Shown here: one piece after another, positions 63,587 through 64,000 of the stretch
Layout: every line of letters starts with the position of its first letter
Position numbering within the stretch: the first letter of the stretch is position 1
Origin: an uncultured Rhodospirillales bacterium
Lineage (GTDB): Bacteria; Pseudomonadota; Alphaproteobacteria; Rhodospirillales; UBA2165
Reading direction: 5' to 3'
NCBI GenBank assembly: GCA_905614355.1
Contig: CAJQSN010000043.1
Span: forward strand, 3,701 to 67,700
Length of the DNA stretch: 64,000 bases
The notes under the pieces: generated by a model
The model's input: the letters and a program-made list of their open reading frames with translations, nothing else
The model's database searches: none
Told to the model about the DNA's origin: nothing
Made by a program: the position numbers and the translations under genes

Positions 63587-64000
63587 ATGACATCACCAAA
63601 AAAATTCGTCATACGGATGGTATTTTTTATACTTGCTGTTGGTTTAGTATCCAGCGCCTTATACTTACCTCTACAACGAGCATTTATTGCGAATATTGGA
63701 TTGAATAGCTTAATTGTTAGCGTTCTCATCCTAGGGATCGTTTATAATTTTAGGCAGACATTCATGCTGTTCCCAGAAGTCCGCTGGATTGATGCGTATC
63801 GCAAACCTTCTGGCTCTGGAATATCCTCTAAACACCCTAAATTATTATCATCCATGGCAACCATGCTTGGTGAACACAAAGATGGTATGAGCCTTTCTAC
63901 ACTTTCTATGCGCTCACTTTTAGACGGCATTGCCTCTAGACTGGACGAATCGCGAGATTTATCGCGTTATAACATTGGTCTACTTATTTTTCTTGGCTTA
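63587..64000 (+). CDS. MotA/TolQ/ExbB-like proton-channel family protein (partial, runs off the window; not in ORF track)
   Basis: Open frame MTSPKKFVIRMVFFILAVG..AFIANIGLNSLI..VLILGI..EVRWI..MRSLLDGIASRLDESRDLSRYNIGLLIFLGL; matches the conserved alphaproteobacterial MotA-like family found after suhB. Confidence 0.8.
   Translation, partial: MTSPKKFVIRMVFFILAVGLVSSALYLPLQRAFIANIGLNSLIVSVLILGIVYNFRQTFMLFPEVRWIDAYRKPSGSGISSKHPKLLSSMATMLGEHKDGMSLSTLSMRSLLDGIASRLDESRDLSRYNIGLLIFLGL

Noticed and set aside
63742-63930. 62-aa minus-strand ORF at the right edge
   Set aside because: Antisense to the partial MotA-like CDS starting at 63587
1-64000. CRISPR arrays, tRNA/rRNA, transposases, integrases, prophage, retron or defence genes
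   Set aside because: No regularly spaced repeats, cloverleafs or relevant protein motifs were seen by eye; tRNAscan-SE, Infernal and DefenseFinder would be decisive

Overview
AT-rich alphaproteobacterial chromosome segment. Gene order and protein style suggest a Rhodospirillales-like, probably marine lineage, but this taxonomy is an inference. It consists almost entirely of core genes: tsaC/sua5, lptFGD-surA-pdxA-rsmA, gmk-yicC, mltG-fabF-acpP-fabG-fabD, rpsF-rpsR-DUF2232-rplI, dnaB-alr-radA-cvpA-purF, yfgM-bamB-der, an isolated coxD/coxE pair, serC-serA, thiD-glmM-folP-ftsH-tilS, tol-pal, ruvCAB, yebC-ymdB-fau-6S RNA-zapA-zauP, gap, thiE-efp-suhB, and an OmpA-domain gene followed by a truncated MotA/TolQ-like gene. 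I found no rRNA, tRNA, CRISPR array, prophage, transposase or defence system, and I cannot support a claim of a clearly new multi-gene system. The most informative signals lie outside the ORF track: three decayed gene relics (an SDR, an amidohydrolase-like gene inside the rpsF-rplI operon, and a deletion scar joining the 5' end of mlaE to the 3' end of mlaF), a serC leader RNA whose RBS-sequestering hairpin is duplicated, local absence of tkt and pgk around gap, a PurF lacking two Fe-S cysteines, and an uncharacterised MotA-like/OmpA-like locus at the right edge. All calls come from motif recognition and synteny by eye; no searches were run.
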